Made by a program: the position numbers and the translations under genes. From Bacteroidia bacterium (GTDB lineage: Bacteria > Bacteroidota > Bacteroidia > AKYH767-A > OLB10), in contig JBAOIA010000012.1 of the NCBI GenBank assembly GCA_037045145.1, positions 857,550 to 921,549 of the forward strand: 64,000 nucleotides of DNA. The letters are read 5' to 3'. The notes below the pieces were generated by a model, which was given only the letters and a program-made list of their open reading frames with translations, was not told where the DNA came from and did no database searches. Of this stretch, positions 36,460 through 46,513 are shown in pieces (positions within the stretch are counted from its first letter, which is position 1; the number at the start of each line of letters is the position of its first letter).

Positions 36460-38391
36460 CTAGAATAACTTATTTATCTCAGCAAACATTTTCTCAAAGT
36501 TGTCTAAGGTTTTTGGTTTGAAGTAGCTTTTGTCAACTCCAAGTTGGTTGAGTTTATTAGCTGGTCTGTAATGATTAAACCTTTCTTTACCAATTACTTT
36601 ATTTATCTGCTTTAATATAGTGTCAATAGTATTGTCAAGGTCTGCAACTTTGATAGTTGGATGTTCTTTATCGAATGCAGCATTGAAGATTTTCAAATAT
36701 TCTTCCTTATCGAAAAGGTCTTCAATGTCAGCTGTTGTTTTACCGTTGTTAGCGAACTCATTAAAGAATCTAATATTTTTCTCTTTAATAATTTTGTGCA
36801 TAATCAGGTCTGCAACTTTTTGCTTTCCTTTTTGGTCGGTGAATGTGTCAAGTAAACAAGCAACATTTAATTTAGAGCCACGAAGCAATGAAATAAAAGT
36901 TGAAACTTTGTCTAAACCTCCAACAGGAACAATTGTGATGTTGTCTTTAAGGAAAGTTCTTTTTTCTGATTCAAGTATGCTTGATATTAAAGTCAAGTAA
37001 ATTAAATCAGCCGGACCTTCAACAAGCAAATTGTTTTTAGATACAAATAAATTTTGTGCTATGTCGTAGCCCAATGCAGCTTGTAATGGGAATAATGTGT
37101 TAGGGTCTTTCTCTTGTATGGAATCGGAAATTATCGTTCCTTCCTCTGTCTCGAAACAAGTGCGAACTCGGTCAAGATGTTCTGTTTCTACCATAAAGGG
37201 AGAGTGTGTCGTATAGATTATTTGATACTTTTTAGAAAGATCGTCAAAGAAGCGAAGTAAATCAGCTTGTGCAGAGGCGTGTAGATTTAAACCTGGTTCA
37301 TCCAATAGAAGAACATAATCGGAGTTTTTATCAGCTTGAATTTTGCTGAACCAAATTATGAAGGAGAAAAACCAATTAAATCCTTTGCTCCGTCTATCTA
37401 AAGGCAGAGTTATTTTATGTCGTTGACTTTTAACTCGTATATCGAGTATTTTTTCTGGCTGTCCTTGTGGGTTAGTTGTATTCTGAATTTTGAATTCAAT
37501 GTCAAGATTCTTATTGGTTGACCAATATTTGAAAATTTCATTAGTTATTTTATTGGAAGATGCTTCCAATAGAGCGATATATTTTTCGTATTCCTGTTCG
37601 GTTGCATTTAATATTTCTTCAGGTTTTATTCTTGCTAATTCAAATAACGCCTTTGAAGTTTTATCTTTTTCGTTTGTAGGTGGTTCATTTTTCAGTTTAT
37701 TGATGTTTATTTTTCCTCTTAATGGGTAATAATCATCAAAATACCAAAACTTAGGCATTTTGGCTTTTATCCAATTTTTAGCAATATAGGATTCTAACAA
37801 ATTTGTCCAAGATGCCGTGTTGTAGCCTCCGTCAATAATTCTTTTTATTTCTGTTTTGAACGCTGCTAAATCATCATCCCCCTCTACGGCAACAATGTTT
37901 GCAATGTCTTTCAATGATGCGGTTTTCTTTATGGCTTCTTTGGTTGCATCTGATAGAGCATATTCAGAAACTTGAAGCTCTAAAAACTTTTTCTGATTAG
38001 CAGAAAGTCCTCCAAATGTGCTTGTTTTAGATTTATAATGACAGGTATAAGTAAACTCTTTTGTTGTAAAAACGCCTTTACCAAATTCTTCTTCAATCTC
38101 CTTTAACAAGTCAGTCGAAATTTCATACTTGCATTGAATAATATCGCAGTCATCTTCGCTATGTTGAAAATCAATTAACTCATTTCTTGGGTAGTCTTGA
38201 GTTATGTCGAAAACAAAGTCTGGGTCTGCGGTAAAATAGTTTGTCTTTGCAATGGCAGTTAGAAAAGAAGTTTTTCCTGCTTCATTCATTCCAACAATAG
38301 TCGTAATTGAAGGGTCAATATTTACGGTTTGTGATTTCTGAATACTTTTGTATTTGTCAATCGTAACTTGTATTAATTTTATCATTGTCAT
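36460..38391 (-). CDS. OLD-family (Overcoming Lysogenization Defect) ATP-dependent nuclease: ABC-type ATPase fused to a C-terminal TOPRIM domain
   Basis: Walker A 'GMNEAGKTS'; ABC signature and Walker B 'LLLDEPGLNLH'; the C-terminal 'LLVEGPADLIYL...VPVGGLDK' are TOPRIM motifs. No UvrD-like partner is adjacent. Confidence 0.7.
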   Translation of the reverse strand: MTMIKLIQVTIDKYKSIQKSQTVNIDPSITTIVGMNEAGKTSFLTAIAKTNYFTADPDFVFDITQDYPRNELIDFQHSEDDCDIIQCKYEISTDLLKEIEEEFGKGVFTTKEFTYTCHYKSKTSTFGGLSANQKKFLELQVSEYALSDATKEAIKKTASLKDIANIVAVEGDDDLAAFKTEIKRIIDGGYNTASWTNLLESYIAKNWIKAKMPKFWYFDDYYPLRGKININKLKNEPPTNEKDKTSKALFELARIKPEEILNATEQEYEKYIALLEASSNKITNEIFKYWSTNKNLDIEFKIQNTTNPQGQPEKILDIRVKSQRHKITLPLDRRSKGFNWFFSFIIWFSKIQADKNSDYVLLLDEPGLNLHASAQADLLRFFDDLSKKYQIIYTTHSPFMVETEHLDRVRTCFETEEGTIISDSIQEKDPNTLFPLQAALGYDIAQNLFVSKNNLLVEGPADLIYLTLISSILESEKRTFLKDNITIVPVGGLDKVSTFISLLRGSKLNVACLLDTFTDQKGKQKVADLIMHKIIKEKNIRFFNEFANNGKTTADIEDLFDKEEYLKIFNAAFDKEHPTIKVADLDNTIDTILKQINKVIGKERFNHYRPANKLNQLGVDKSYFKPKTLDNFEKMFAEINKLF

Positions 38392-38938
38392 TTGTTTTTT
38401 GTCTGTTTAAAGTTAGCAATGTCGGTCAAATAGGGTTGCACATAACATTTATATATAAGAAGTTTTTCATCTAAAACATGCCGAATACCTCACAAATATA
38501 GCGGTATTAAGAAGTTGTACAAATTTACAGTTCATACCCTATTTTGTCTAACGAGCTTTGTATTTTGCTTAGGTGTTTTTACTTACATGTGTATATATCA
38601 TGGTAGTGCACAGACTTTTATGACCTAATAGCTGTTTAATGCTCAAAAGGTCGGTGACAATTTTAAGCAGGTGGGTGACATAGTTATAGCACAGGGTATG
38701 CAGAAAGTAAAATACTTAACGTACAATGTAAAAGGAAAAAGCGATGAGGTGAAAAGTGTTAAGCCCAAATAATTATACAGCATGAAAATGTTTTATGCCG
38801 ATGCTATTAGCCCTGATGGAGACCTGCAAGGATTATGTGCGAGAGCGGTGCCATGCACCGGGGCGACAGCAGGACGGAACCACTGATGGAGTTACTGAAG
38901 CTTGTGCTCCAAAAAATTCTCTACACAAAGACAAAATG

Positions 38939-41200
38939 CTACTGTTGCTTCCTGCTTTGTGCATCAATAACAGCAATGGTAACCATGTTCACAATGTCGC
39001 GGACACTGCTGCCAAGTTGAAGAATGTGTACGGGTTTTTTCATGCCCAGAAGCACAGGGCCAATGGCTTCGGCTGCTTCCATAGATTGCAGAAGTTTGTA
39101 TGCAATGTTTCCGGCATCGAGGTTTGGAAAGATGAGTGTGTTGACACCACCATTGATGAGTTCGCAGAAGGGATAACTGTCGTGCAGCATCTGCATGTTA
39201 AGTGCAAAGTTTGCCTGCATTTCGCCATCTACTATCATGCCCGGAAATTTGTCGTGCATTATTTCTACAGCCTTTCTGATGCGTACTGCAGAGGGGTCGT
39301 TTGACGTGCCGAAGTTTGAGAAAGACAACAGTGCAATGCGTGGCTTGATGTTGAATTGCTGCACAGCTTTGGCGGTGAGCAGCGTTATTTCAACCAAGTC
39401 TTCTGATGTGGGGTTTACGTTGATGGTGGTATCTGCAAAAAACAAGGGTCCTTTTTTTGTCATCATGATATACATGCCTGCAACGCGGGTACCATGTTCC
39501 TGCACACCAATGATTCGTAAAGCAGGACGTATGGTGTCGGCATAGTTGCGTGTTAGTCCTGAGATGAGTGCATCGGCCTGTCCGGTTTCTACCATCATAG
39601 CACCGTAGTAGTTTCTTTCGCGCATAACTTTTTTGGCTTCGTAAACAGAGAAGCCTCTGCGTTTTGCTTTTTCGAAAAAGAGTTCGCCAAAGGTGTTGAG
39701 GTGTTCTGTGTCAACACGTGGGTCAACAATAGGAATGTCTGTTATGTCAATGTGGTTTTCTGTAACGATTTGTTTTATACGCTCGCGGTTACCGAGCAGA
39801 ATGGGTCGAGCAATGCCTTCTTCTTTGACCTGTTGTGCTGCTTTTAGAATTTTGTAGTTGTCGGCTTCGGCAAAGACTATTCGCTGCGGGTTTTGTTTGG
39901 CGCGTGTTACGATGGCACGAATGAGTTTGTTGTCGAGGTTGAGTCGTTTTTTGAGGTCTTCTACATAGTGTTCCCAGTTGTTGATGCTAACCTGTGCCAC
40001 CCCTGTTTCCATAGCGGCACGAGCCACAGCAGGTGCAACGGTGTAGATTAATCGTGGGTCGAGTGGCTTGGGGATGATGTATTCGGGGCCGTATTGCAGG
40101 TTTTTTGTGTTGTAGGCAAGGTTAACCATTTCCGGAACGGGCTGCCGTGCCAACTGCGCAATGGCGTGCACCGCTGCCAGTTTCATCTCTTCGTTGATTT
40201 TTGTTGCACGAACATCTAATGCGCCTCTGAAAATAAATGGAAAACCAATAACGTTGTTTACCTGATTGGGAAAATCGCTGCGGCCTGTTGCCATGATTAC
40301 ATCTTCGCGTGCACTCTTGGCATCAGGATAAGTAATCTCGGGGTTGGGATTGGCCATAGCAAAAACAACAGGTTTTTCCGCCATAGATTTGAGCATGGCG
40401 GCACTCAGAATATTTCCTTTGCTGAGACCGATAAATACATCGGCACCATGCATGGCTTCTTCCAGTGTGTTAATGTTTCTGTCAGTAGCAAATTCGCTTT
40501 TGTTGACGTCTAAACCTTCCCGGTCTTTTCTGATTACACCTGTGCTGTCGAGCATGGTGATGTTTTTTTTCTGTGCACCAAGCGAAACAAAAAGTTTGGT
40601 ACAGGAGATTGCCGATGCTCCTGCTCCATTGACAACAATTCTTACGAGGTCAATTTTTTTGTTTACAATATCCAATGCATTGATGAGTGCTGCACCGCTA
40701 ATGATGGCCGTGCCATGCTGATCGTCATGCATGACAGGAATGTTGAGCTCGTTTTTCAGGCGGCTTTCAATTTCAAAACATTCGGGTGCTTTAATGTCTT
40801 CGAGGTTGATGCCACCAAAAGTTGGTGAAATAGCTTTTACAGTATTTACAAATTCATCAACGTTGGTTTGATTGATTTCAATATCGAATACATCAATGTC
40901 TGCAAAAATTTTAAACAGAAGTCCTTTGCCTTCCATGACAGGTTTTGATGCTTCGGGGCCTATGTTGCCAAGGCCAAGGACAGCAGTGCCGTTAGAGATT
41001 ACGGCAACAAGATTTCCTTTGGCAGTGTATTTATAGACGTTGTCAATGTTTTTTTCAATCTCGAGGCAGGGCTCTGCAACACCGGGCGAATAGGCTAATG
41101 ATAAATCGCGTTGTGAGCTGTATGGTTTACTGGGTATTACTTCTATTTTGCCCGGACGACCGGATGCATGATAATCGAGTGCTTCTTTATTAACTGGCAT
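38939..41200 (-). CDS. maeB: NADP-dependent malic enzyme (malic enzyme plus C-terminal phosphotransacetylase-like domain)
   Basis: N-terminus '[13 protein letters not shown]' and the NAD(P)-binding 'GAGASAIS' are present. The C-terminal half is PTA-like. Confidence 0.9.
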   Translation of the reverse strand: MPVNKEALDYHASGRPGKIEVIPSKPYSSQRDLSLAYSPGVAEPCLEIEKNIDNVYKYTAKGNLVAVISNGTAVLGLGNIGPEASKPVMEGKGLLFKIFADIDVFDIEINQTNVDEFVNTVKAISPTFGGINLEDIKAPECFEIESRLKNELNIPVMHDDQHGTAIISGAALINALDIVNKKIDLVRIVVNGAGASAISCTKLFVSLGAQKKNITMLDSTGVIRKDREGLDVNKSEFATDRNINTLEEAMHGADVFIGLSKGNILSAAMLKSMAEKPVVFAMANPNPEITYPDAKSAREDVIMATGRSDFPNQVNNVIGFPFIFRGALDVRATKINEEMKLAAVHAIAQLARQPVPEMVNLAYNTKNLQYGPEYIIPKPLDPRLIYTVAPAVARAAMETGVAQVSINNWEHYVEDLKKRLNLDNKLIRAIVTRAKQNPQRIVFAEADNYKILKAAQQVKEEGIARPILLGNRERIKQIVTENHIDITDIPIVDPRVDTEHLNTFGELFFEKAKRRGFSVYEAKKVMRERNYYGAMMVETGQADALISGLTRNYADTIRPALRIIGVQEHGTRVAGMYIMMTKKGPLFFADTTINVNPTSEDLVEITLLTAKAVQQFNIKPRIALLSFSNFGTSNDPSAVRIRKAVEIMHDKFPGMIVDGEMQANFALNMQMLHDSYPFCELINGGVNTLIFPNLDAGNIAYKLLQSMEAAEAIGPVLLGMKKPVHILQLGSSVRDIVNMVTIAVIDAQSRKQQ

Positions 41201-41304
41201 AGTAATTTTTTACAATGTGCTAAAGTAAAGAATACAGCATCACGTTATTGTAAAAATAAACAGAACAGTTACTGAATTTAATCAGTCAAAAATCAATTTT
41301 AAAT

Positions 41305-41808
41305 TTAAAAACCGATTTTGGCAGCAGGTGATTTGAGAAGTGCCATACTCAAAGCAGTGAAAGCAGCTTCGCGCCCTTTATGTCCGTGAGTGCCTCCGCA
41401 ACGTTCAAGGGCTTGCATTTCATTGTCGGTAGTGAGTACACCAAAAATTACAGGCTTGCCGAATTTTAAAGAAACATGATTCAGTCCATTGGCAACTGCA
41501 TGACAGATAAAATCAAAATGACGTGTCTCGCCCTGAATGACACAGCCCAATGCAATGACAACATCCGGTGTATGATGCTGAAAAAGCCATTGTGCACCGG
41601 CAGTGAGTTCGTAACTACCCGGAACCTGAATGCTGATGAGGTTATTTTCTTTTACAGATGATTTTTTAAGAACCTCTGCAGCTCCGTCAAAAAGTTTTGA
41701 AGTGATTTTACTGTTCCAGCTTGCTGTAACAATTCCTACTTTTACTGAAGAAGCATCAGGATATTCAGCAGGGTTATATAAAGCATTATTTTCCTGATAC
41801 AGTGCCAT
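41305..41808 (-). CDS. ribH: 6,7-dimethyl-8-ribityllumazine synthase
   Basis: 'VKVGIVTASWNSKITSKL...GCVIQGETRHFDFI' is diagnostic of RibH. Confidence 0.9.
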   Translation of the reverse strand: MALYQENNALYNPAEYPDASSVKVGIVTASWNSKITSKLFDGAAEVLKKSSVKENNLISIQVPGSYELTAGAQWLFQHHTPDVVIALGCVIQGETRHFDFICHAVANGLNHVSLKFGKPVIFGVLTTDNEMQALERCGGTHGHKGREAAFTALSMALLKSPAAKIGF

Positions 41809-41813
41809 GAATA

Positions 41814-42545
41814 TTAGTTCATGTGTGCTTCTGCACGTGCCATGTAGGTGGCTACCTGACGGGCTTCTGTGGAGTTTGGAAAGTCTCTCTTTATTCTGTT
41901 ATAGATATCGTAGGCAGATTTATAGTCGTTGTTCATTTCTAAAATCATTGCCTGTTTCATCAGATATATTGGTGCTGTAAATTGATTCTGATCATAATCC
42001 GATGCTTTTTTATAAAAGCTCATTGCCTCTTCTTTATTGCCTTTTTCCATGTAGGCATCGCCAATGCAACCTAATGCAATGGCACCGGTAATATCGTCTT
42101 CGGCATCGTATTTAGATAAAGCAGCAATAGCATCATCGTATTGACCTTTACGAAGCAAGCTTACACCAAGGTAATAGTGTGCCAGATTAGCAGACTTTGA
42201 TGAACCATAGCTGGAAATAATTTCTTCAAAACCTGGAAAGTTTCCATCACCCTTGATAGCCTTATCCAATGAATCATTTTTGAAATAATATTCCGCCATG
42301 AACATTTGTTTTTCGGCATTAGCCTGCTGTGGCTTTACAATAAATTGATTGTATGCAAAATATCCGCCAACCAATACTACTGCAACTACAAGTATTATGG
42401 TGAGACTCTTTTTGTTTTCGTGTATATAGGATTCAGCCCTATCAAAGGATTCTTCTACATCAAAACCGGTTGATTTTTTATCAGTCATTGTTTCTGCAAA
42501 AATTTGAGCGGGCAAAGATAGTTTTTTTTCTGAAATATCAGGCAA
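41814..42545 (-). CDS. Tetratricopeptide-repeat protein with one TM helix
   Basis: There is one TM helix ('LTIILVVAVVLVGGYFAY'). TPR-like 'AHYYLGVSL...YDDAI' repeats follow. Confidence 0.7.
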   Translation of the reverse strand: MPDISEKKLSLPAQIFAETMTDKKSTGFDVEESFDRAESYIHENKKSLTIILVVAVVLVGGYFAYNQFIVKPQQANAEKQMFMAEYYFKNDSLDKAIKGDGNFPGFEEIISSYGSSKSANLAHYYLGVSLLRKGQYDDAIAALSKYDAEDDITGAIALGCIGDAYMEKGNKEEAMSFYKKASDYDQNQFTAPIYLMKQAMILEMNNDYKSAYDIYNRIKRDFPNSTEARQVATYMARAEAHMN

Positions 42546-42577
42546 TCAATTATAACACCTAATTAGCTCAATCTCAA

Positions 42578-43453
42578 CTATGTAAGCGGTGTGCAGTAAA
42601 TATCAAAATGCTGATTGGCAAAGTTATAATCTCCGGTAATATTTTCCTGAGTGTCAACTCTTACACATTGATAATTCAACTCATTTAACAGATTAATAAG
42701 TTCTTTTGCGGAAGTGCCTGCTCTCTGCAGTAGTGAATCACTGACTTCGATAAACAATGAAGGCTTCAAATTCCGAAAAGTATTTACACCACCTTTAATG
42801 ACAAAAACCTCAAAACCTTCGGTGTCAATTTTTAGAAAATCAAGTTTTGAAAGTTTTTGGTCAGCAACAAATTTATCAATTGTTGCGACTGCGACTTTGA
42901 TAGCATCGTTTGCATCCTTACTTATAAATGCCCCCCCTGAATGATTGCTTCCATGAGATATTAAATTGAGCACTCCAACTTCATCACCCATTCCTGCATT
43001 AAAAAGATTAATGTTTTTAAAGTTATTGAGACTTACATTGGTTCTCATTCGTTCAAAAACAGCCGGTGATGGTTCAAATGAAAATATCTGACCCTTGCCA
43101 TTTAACTTTTTTGCCATTTGTAAGGTGGTATCACCAATATTGGCACCTATATCCAAAATATTCGAATCAGGTTTTATGAAACGGAGAAGACTTTCTCTGT
43201 CAAAATCGAGATGATCTTGCATGCCGAAATAGATACCATGATCGAGATAATCGTTAATGTGCAATTGATAATTAATGCCGTTTCTGGTGCAGTTACGAAT
43301 GGTACCGGGTTTGTACAAATACTGACTGCCAACTAATTTCCGTGCAATACTATGTTTGTTTTGCGACTGTTGAACCAACCATTTTTCTACCAAAGGCAGT
43401 TTATTCACCATGCGAATTGTATCCAGAAAACGTGTCTTTATTGATATTGCCAT
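42578..43453 (-). CDS. FkbM-family methyltransferase
   Basis: 'ILDIGANIGDTTL' (SAM motif I) and 'FLKIDTEGFE' are the FkbM-domain hallmarks. Confidence 0.75.
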   Translation of the reverse strand: MAISIKTRFLDTIRMVNKLPLVEKWLVQQSQNKHSIARKLVGSQYLYKPGTIRNCTRNGINYQLHINDYLDHGIYFGMQDHLDFDRESLLRFIKPDSNILDIGANIGDTTLQMAKKLNGKGQIFSFEPSPAVFERMRTNVSLNNFKNINLFNAGMGDEVGVLNLISHGSNHSGGAFISKDANDAIKVAVATIDKFVADQKLSKLDFLKIDTEGFEVFVIKGGVNTFRNLKPSLFIEVSDSLLQRAGTSAKELINLLNELNYQCVRVDTQENITGDYNFANQHFDIYCTPLT

Positions 43454-43610
43454 TCTTTAATGTTACATAAAAAAACAAAAATATAGAAATAGAAGTAGAT
43501 TCGAATCAAAACAACTATTTATTCACTGAACAAATATCTGTCAGTTGAAACTAAAAATCAGATTAATTTTTGATGTTGAAGGAAGTATAATATTTATCAC
43601 AAAAAATCAA

Positions 43611-44975
43611 CTATTGCAGATTAGCATTTTCAGCTTCACGCATGCGTGTGATACGTTTTGTTTCTGCAGTGTTTATATCAATCTGATAATATTTGGCCCA
43701 ACCATTGTTGAGTGAAAAAACTATTTGTTTGCTCAAGATTTTTTCGAGCCAAAGTGGGACAAAAAATCCTCTGTCGGGTCTAAGATAATCATAGTAATGA
43801 TGGTCGTCACAGGCGCTGTCATCATACGCATGTCGTGCAGCAAAGTCGCCACAAAAAGTTGCCCAGGGAAGTCCTACGCAGCCTAAAACAAAATGCAACC
43901 ATTTTTTATTTTCATCTCGTGCAATAGTTGGCAATAAATCACGTGTACAATCAATTCGTCCCGGCCAATATTGAACAAATTCAAGATTATTAAATTGAGG
44001 GAATTTATGCTTAAATTTTTTGATAACCCTATCTATAACAATTGAAGAGTTAACATCTTGTTTAGAAAAAGTAGTCAACATATCGCCACCACCTAACAAT
44101 AAACGATTACTTCCCAAAAGTCTGAAATAGGAATAAACCACATCTGTATCCCAGCACTGAAACTTGCCTGACGGAAACAGGTCAGCAATCATAGCATCAC
44201 TCATTGGTTCACTCACAGAAAGAAATGTCTGTGCATGATAAACTTTATCGGCATAATGTGTCAATTCATGTTGTAGCTTATCAGCACAAAAAATAACCTG
44301 ATCGGCCTTAACAGAGCCTAAGTGTGTTCTTACACAATGATCTTCAATTTTAACAACTTCTGACGATTCATAAATTTCAATTCCATTTTCCAGTAACAAT
44401 TTCTTCACTCCCTGACAATACAAAAGTGCATCAATGCCAAAAGTGCCTGTGTAACGAACTGCACCTGAATAAGCATCAGATCCGATGATACTTCTAATGT
44501 TCTCTTTGGTATAGAGTTGCTGATCGAATTTCAATAATTTTCTGGACTCCATTTCTTCAATAATGTCTTGCCAGCCGCTTTTGCCAATGCCCAAAAACAA
44601 ACTATCCTGAACCTGAAAATCGCAAACTATATTATTGGTTTCAACAATGCTATGCATCATTTTTACACCTGTAGTTGCAATTTTCCAGAGGTCTGCTGCA
44701 CCTGTAATTCCAAATCTGCGAATCAGCTGTGACAACTCCAGCTCACTGTCGGGAGTCAAAAATCCGGCACTCTTTCCGGACGTATCACCACCACAAATAT
44801 TCTTTTCTAGTATAACAACTTTAAGTTTTTTATCTATGAACCTATGGGCAGCAGCCAAGCCTGCTGCTCCTGCTCCAACAATAACAACATCCGCTTTTAT
44901 GTCACCTTTTAGTGGGGGTAATATTGATTCTTCCGTTCCAAGTAATGTGGTAAACCACCAGTTTTGCAATTTCAT
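43611..44975 (-). CDS. FAD-dependent oxidoreductase (DAO-like)
   Basis: The N-terminal 'VVIVGAGAAGLAAAHRF' is a Rossmann GxGxxG dinucleotide-binding motif. Confidence 0.7.
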   Translation of the reverse strand: MKLQNWWFTTLLGTEESILPPLKGDIKADVVIVGAGAAGLAAAHRFIDKKLKVVILEKNICGGDTSGKSAGFLTPDSELELSQLIRRFGITGAADLWKIATTGVKMMHSIVETNNIVCDFQVQDSLFLGIGKSGWQDIIEEMESRKLLKFDQQLYTKENIRSIIGSDAYSGAVRYTGTFGIDALLYCQGVKKLLLENGIEIYESSEVVKIEDHCVRTHLGSVKADQVIFCADKLQHELTHYADKVYHAQTFLSVSEPMSDAMIADLFPSGKFQCWDTDVVYSYFRLLGSNRLLLGGGDMLTTFSKQDVNSSIVIDRVIKKFKHKFPQFNNLEFVQYWPGRIDCTRDLLPTIARDENKKWLHFVLGCVGLPWATFCGDFAARHAYDDSACDDHHYYDYLRPDRGFFVPLWLEKILSKQIVFSLNNGWAKYYQIDINTAETKRITRMREAENANLQ

Positions 44976-45189
44976 ATAGCTATAATTTTAAAATAACAAA
45001 ATAGATTAGTTTTGCCGTAGTGTTTATATATTCAGCAAACTTAAATTTGTTTTCTGAATATAATATTAATACAAATAATTTAACCAATAGCTAAGTAATA
45101 TTCTGACTTAAAAATATTGTGGCAACCTTGCTTTTTACTTTTTAAATTGTATTTATATTTTTACAGTAATAATTTAAACCAATATTAAA

Positions 45190-45669
45190 GTGTCGAAAAT
45201 AAAAACAGTTAGAGCTACATCACAAGATATAAACTTTAAAAAATTAGTAACAGAACTTGATAAAGATTTAAAAATTAAAAATGGAGACAAAAATGATTTC
45301 TTTGCACAATACAACCATTCAGATGCAATCAACAATGTAATAATAGCCTATGTTGATGAATTGCCTGTAGGTTGTGGAGCATTTAAAGAATTTGATTCAG
45401 ATACTGTTGAAATAAAAAGAATGTATGTTGCACCAGATTTTCGTTGTCAGGGTATTGCTTCTGAAATATTAAATGAATTAGAAAAATGGGCAACAGAACT
45501 TCAATTCAAAAAATGCATTCTTGAAACCGGTGATAAAATGAAAGAAGCAATAGGACTTTATCAAAAACATCAATTTCAAAAAACGAAAAACTACGGCCCG
45601 TATGAAAATATAACAAGCAGTCTTTGTTTTGAAAAATCAATAAGCAACAAAATTAATAACTCCTTCTAA
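45190..45669 (+). CDS. GNAT-family N-acetyltransferase
   Basis: 'MYVAPDFRCQGIASEILNELEKWA' is the acetyl-CoA-binding motif A region. Confidence 0.8.
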   Translation: MSKIKTVRATSQDINFKKLVTELDKDLKIKNGDKNDFFAQYNHSDAINNVIIAYVDELPVGCGAFKEFDSDTVEIKRMYVAPDFRCQGIASEILNELEKWATELQFKKCILETGDKMKEAIGLYQKHQFQKTKNYGPYENITSSLCFEKSISNKINNSF

Positions 45670-45707
45670 AAAAAGTATTTTATAATCACCTGACATTAAC
45701 TACACAA

Positions 45708-46298
45708 ATGAATAAAACAAGACTTGAAGCATTCAGCGATGGTGTGCTTGCCATAATAATTACCATCATGGTTTTAGAATTAAGAGTACCGCATGAAACA
45801 AGTTTAAAAGCACTTATAGTTTTATGGCCGGTATTTTTTAGTTACGTAATCAGCTTTATTTATGTTGGAATCTATTGGGGCAATCATCATCACTTATTGC
45901 ACACCGTTCATCACGTAAACGGAAAAATAATCTGGGCCAATATGGGTTTACTATTTTGTCTTTCACTACTGCCATTTACTAGTGCGTGGATGGGTGAAAA
46001 TATTACAGAGAAAATACCACTATTTATTTACGCTGTTAATTTGGCTGCTTGTGCTATTGCCTTCTATGCTCTTCAAATGTGTATCATGTCACACCATATT
46101 TATTCTACCAAACTTATTGAAGCTGTTAAAAAACAGAAAACCAAAGGAATGATCTCATTTGCAATTTACATACTAGCCGGCCTGATGGCATTTATGCAAA
46201 CATGGATTAGTATGATTTTGATTGTCATACCAGCTGTTCTTTGGGTAATTCCTGATAAAAATATTGAAGCGGCACTTTCAGAAGAAAACAAAGAATAA
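45708..46298 (+). CDS. TMEM175/DUF1211-family membrane protein (putative K+ channel)
   Basis: 'RLEAFSDGVLAIIITIMVLEL' is the DUF1211 signature helix. Confidence 0.8.
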   Translation: MNKTRLEAFSDGVLAIIITIMVLELRVPHETSLKALIVLWPVFFSYVISFIYVGIYWGNHHHLLHTVHHVNGKIIWANMGLLFCLSLLPFTSAWMGENITEKIPLFIYAVNLAACAIAFYALQMCIMSHHIYSTKLIEAVKKQKTKGMISFAIYILAGLMAFMQTWISMILIVIPAVLWVIPDKNIEAALSEENKE

Positions 46299-46513
46299 AC
46301 TTCTCTCTATTTTTTTCTGTGACTAAACCAGAGCATTAAACACCCCATTACATTGAAGTATTAGGAATAGTATATTATTCATTTCTTTTGATGGCAATCA
46401 CCAAAAACTGACGAATTACTGACAAAAATCAGTAAATATTAAAAGTATTTATTTACTTTTATTGGAATTCTTTGATTACTTTTGTGCCATTAATTATACA
46501 AACACATATTATT

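Noticed and set aside
38795-39304. 169-aa + strand ORF
   Set aside because: It overlaps the 3' end of maeB on the opposite strand, so it is an antisense artefact.
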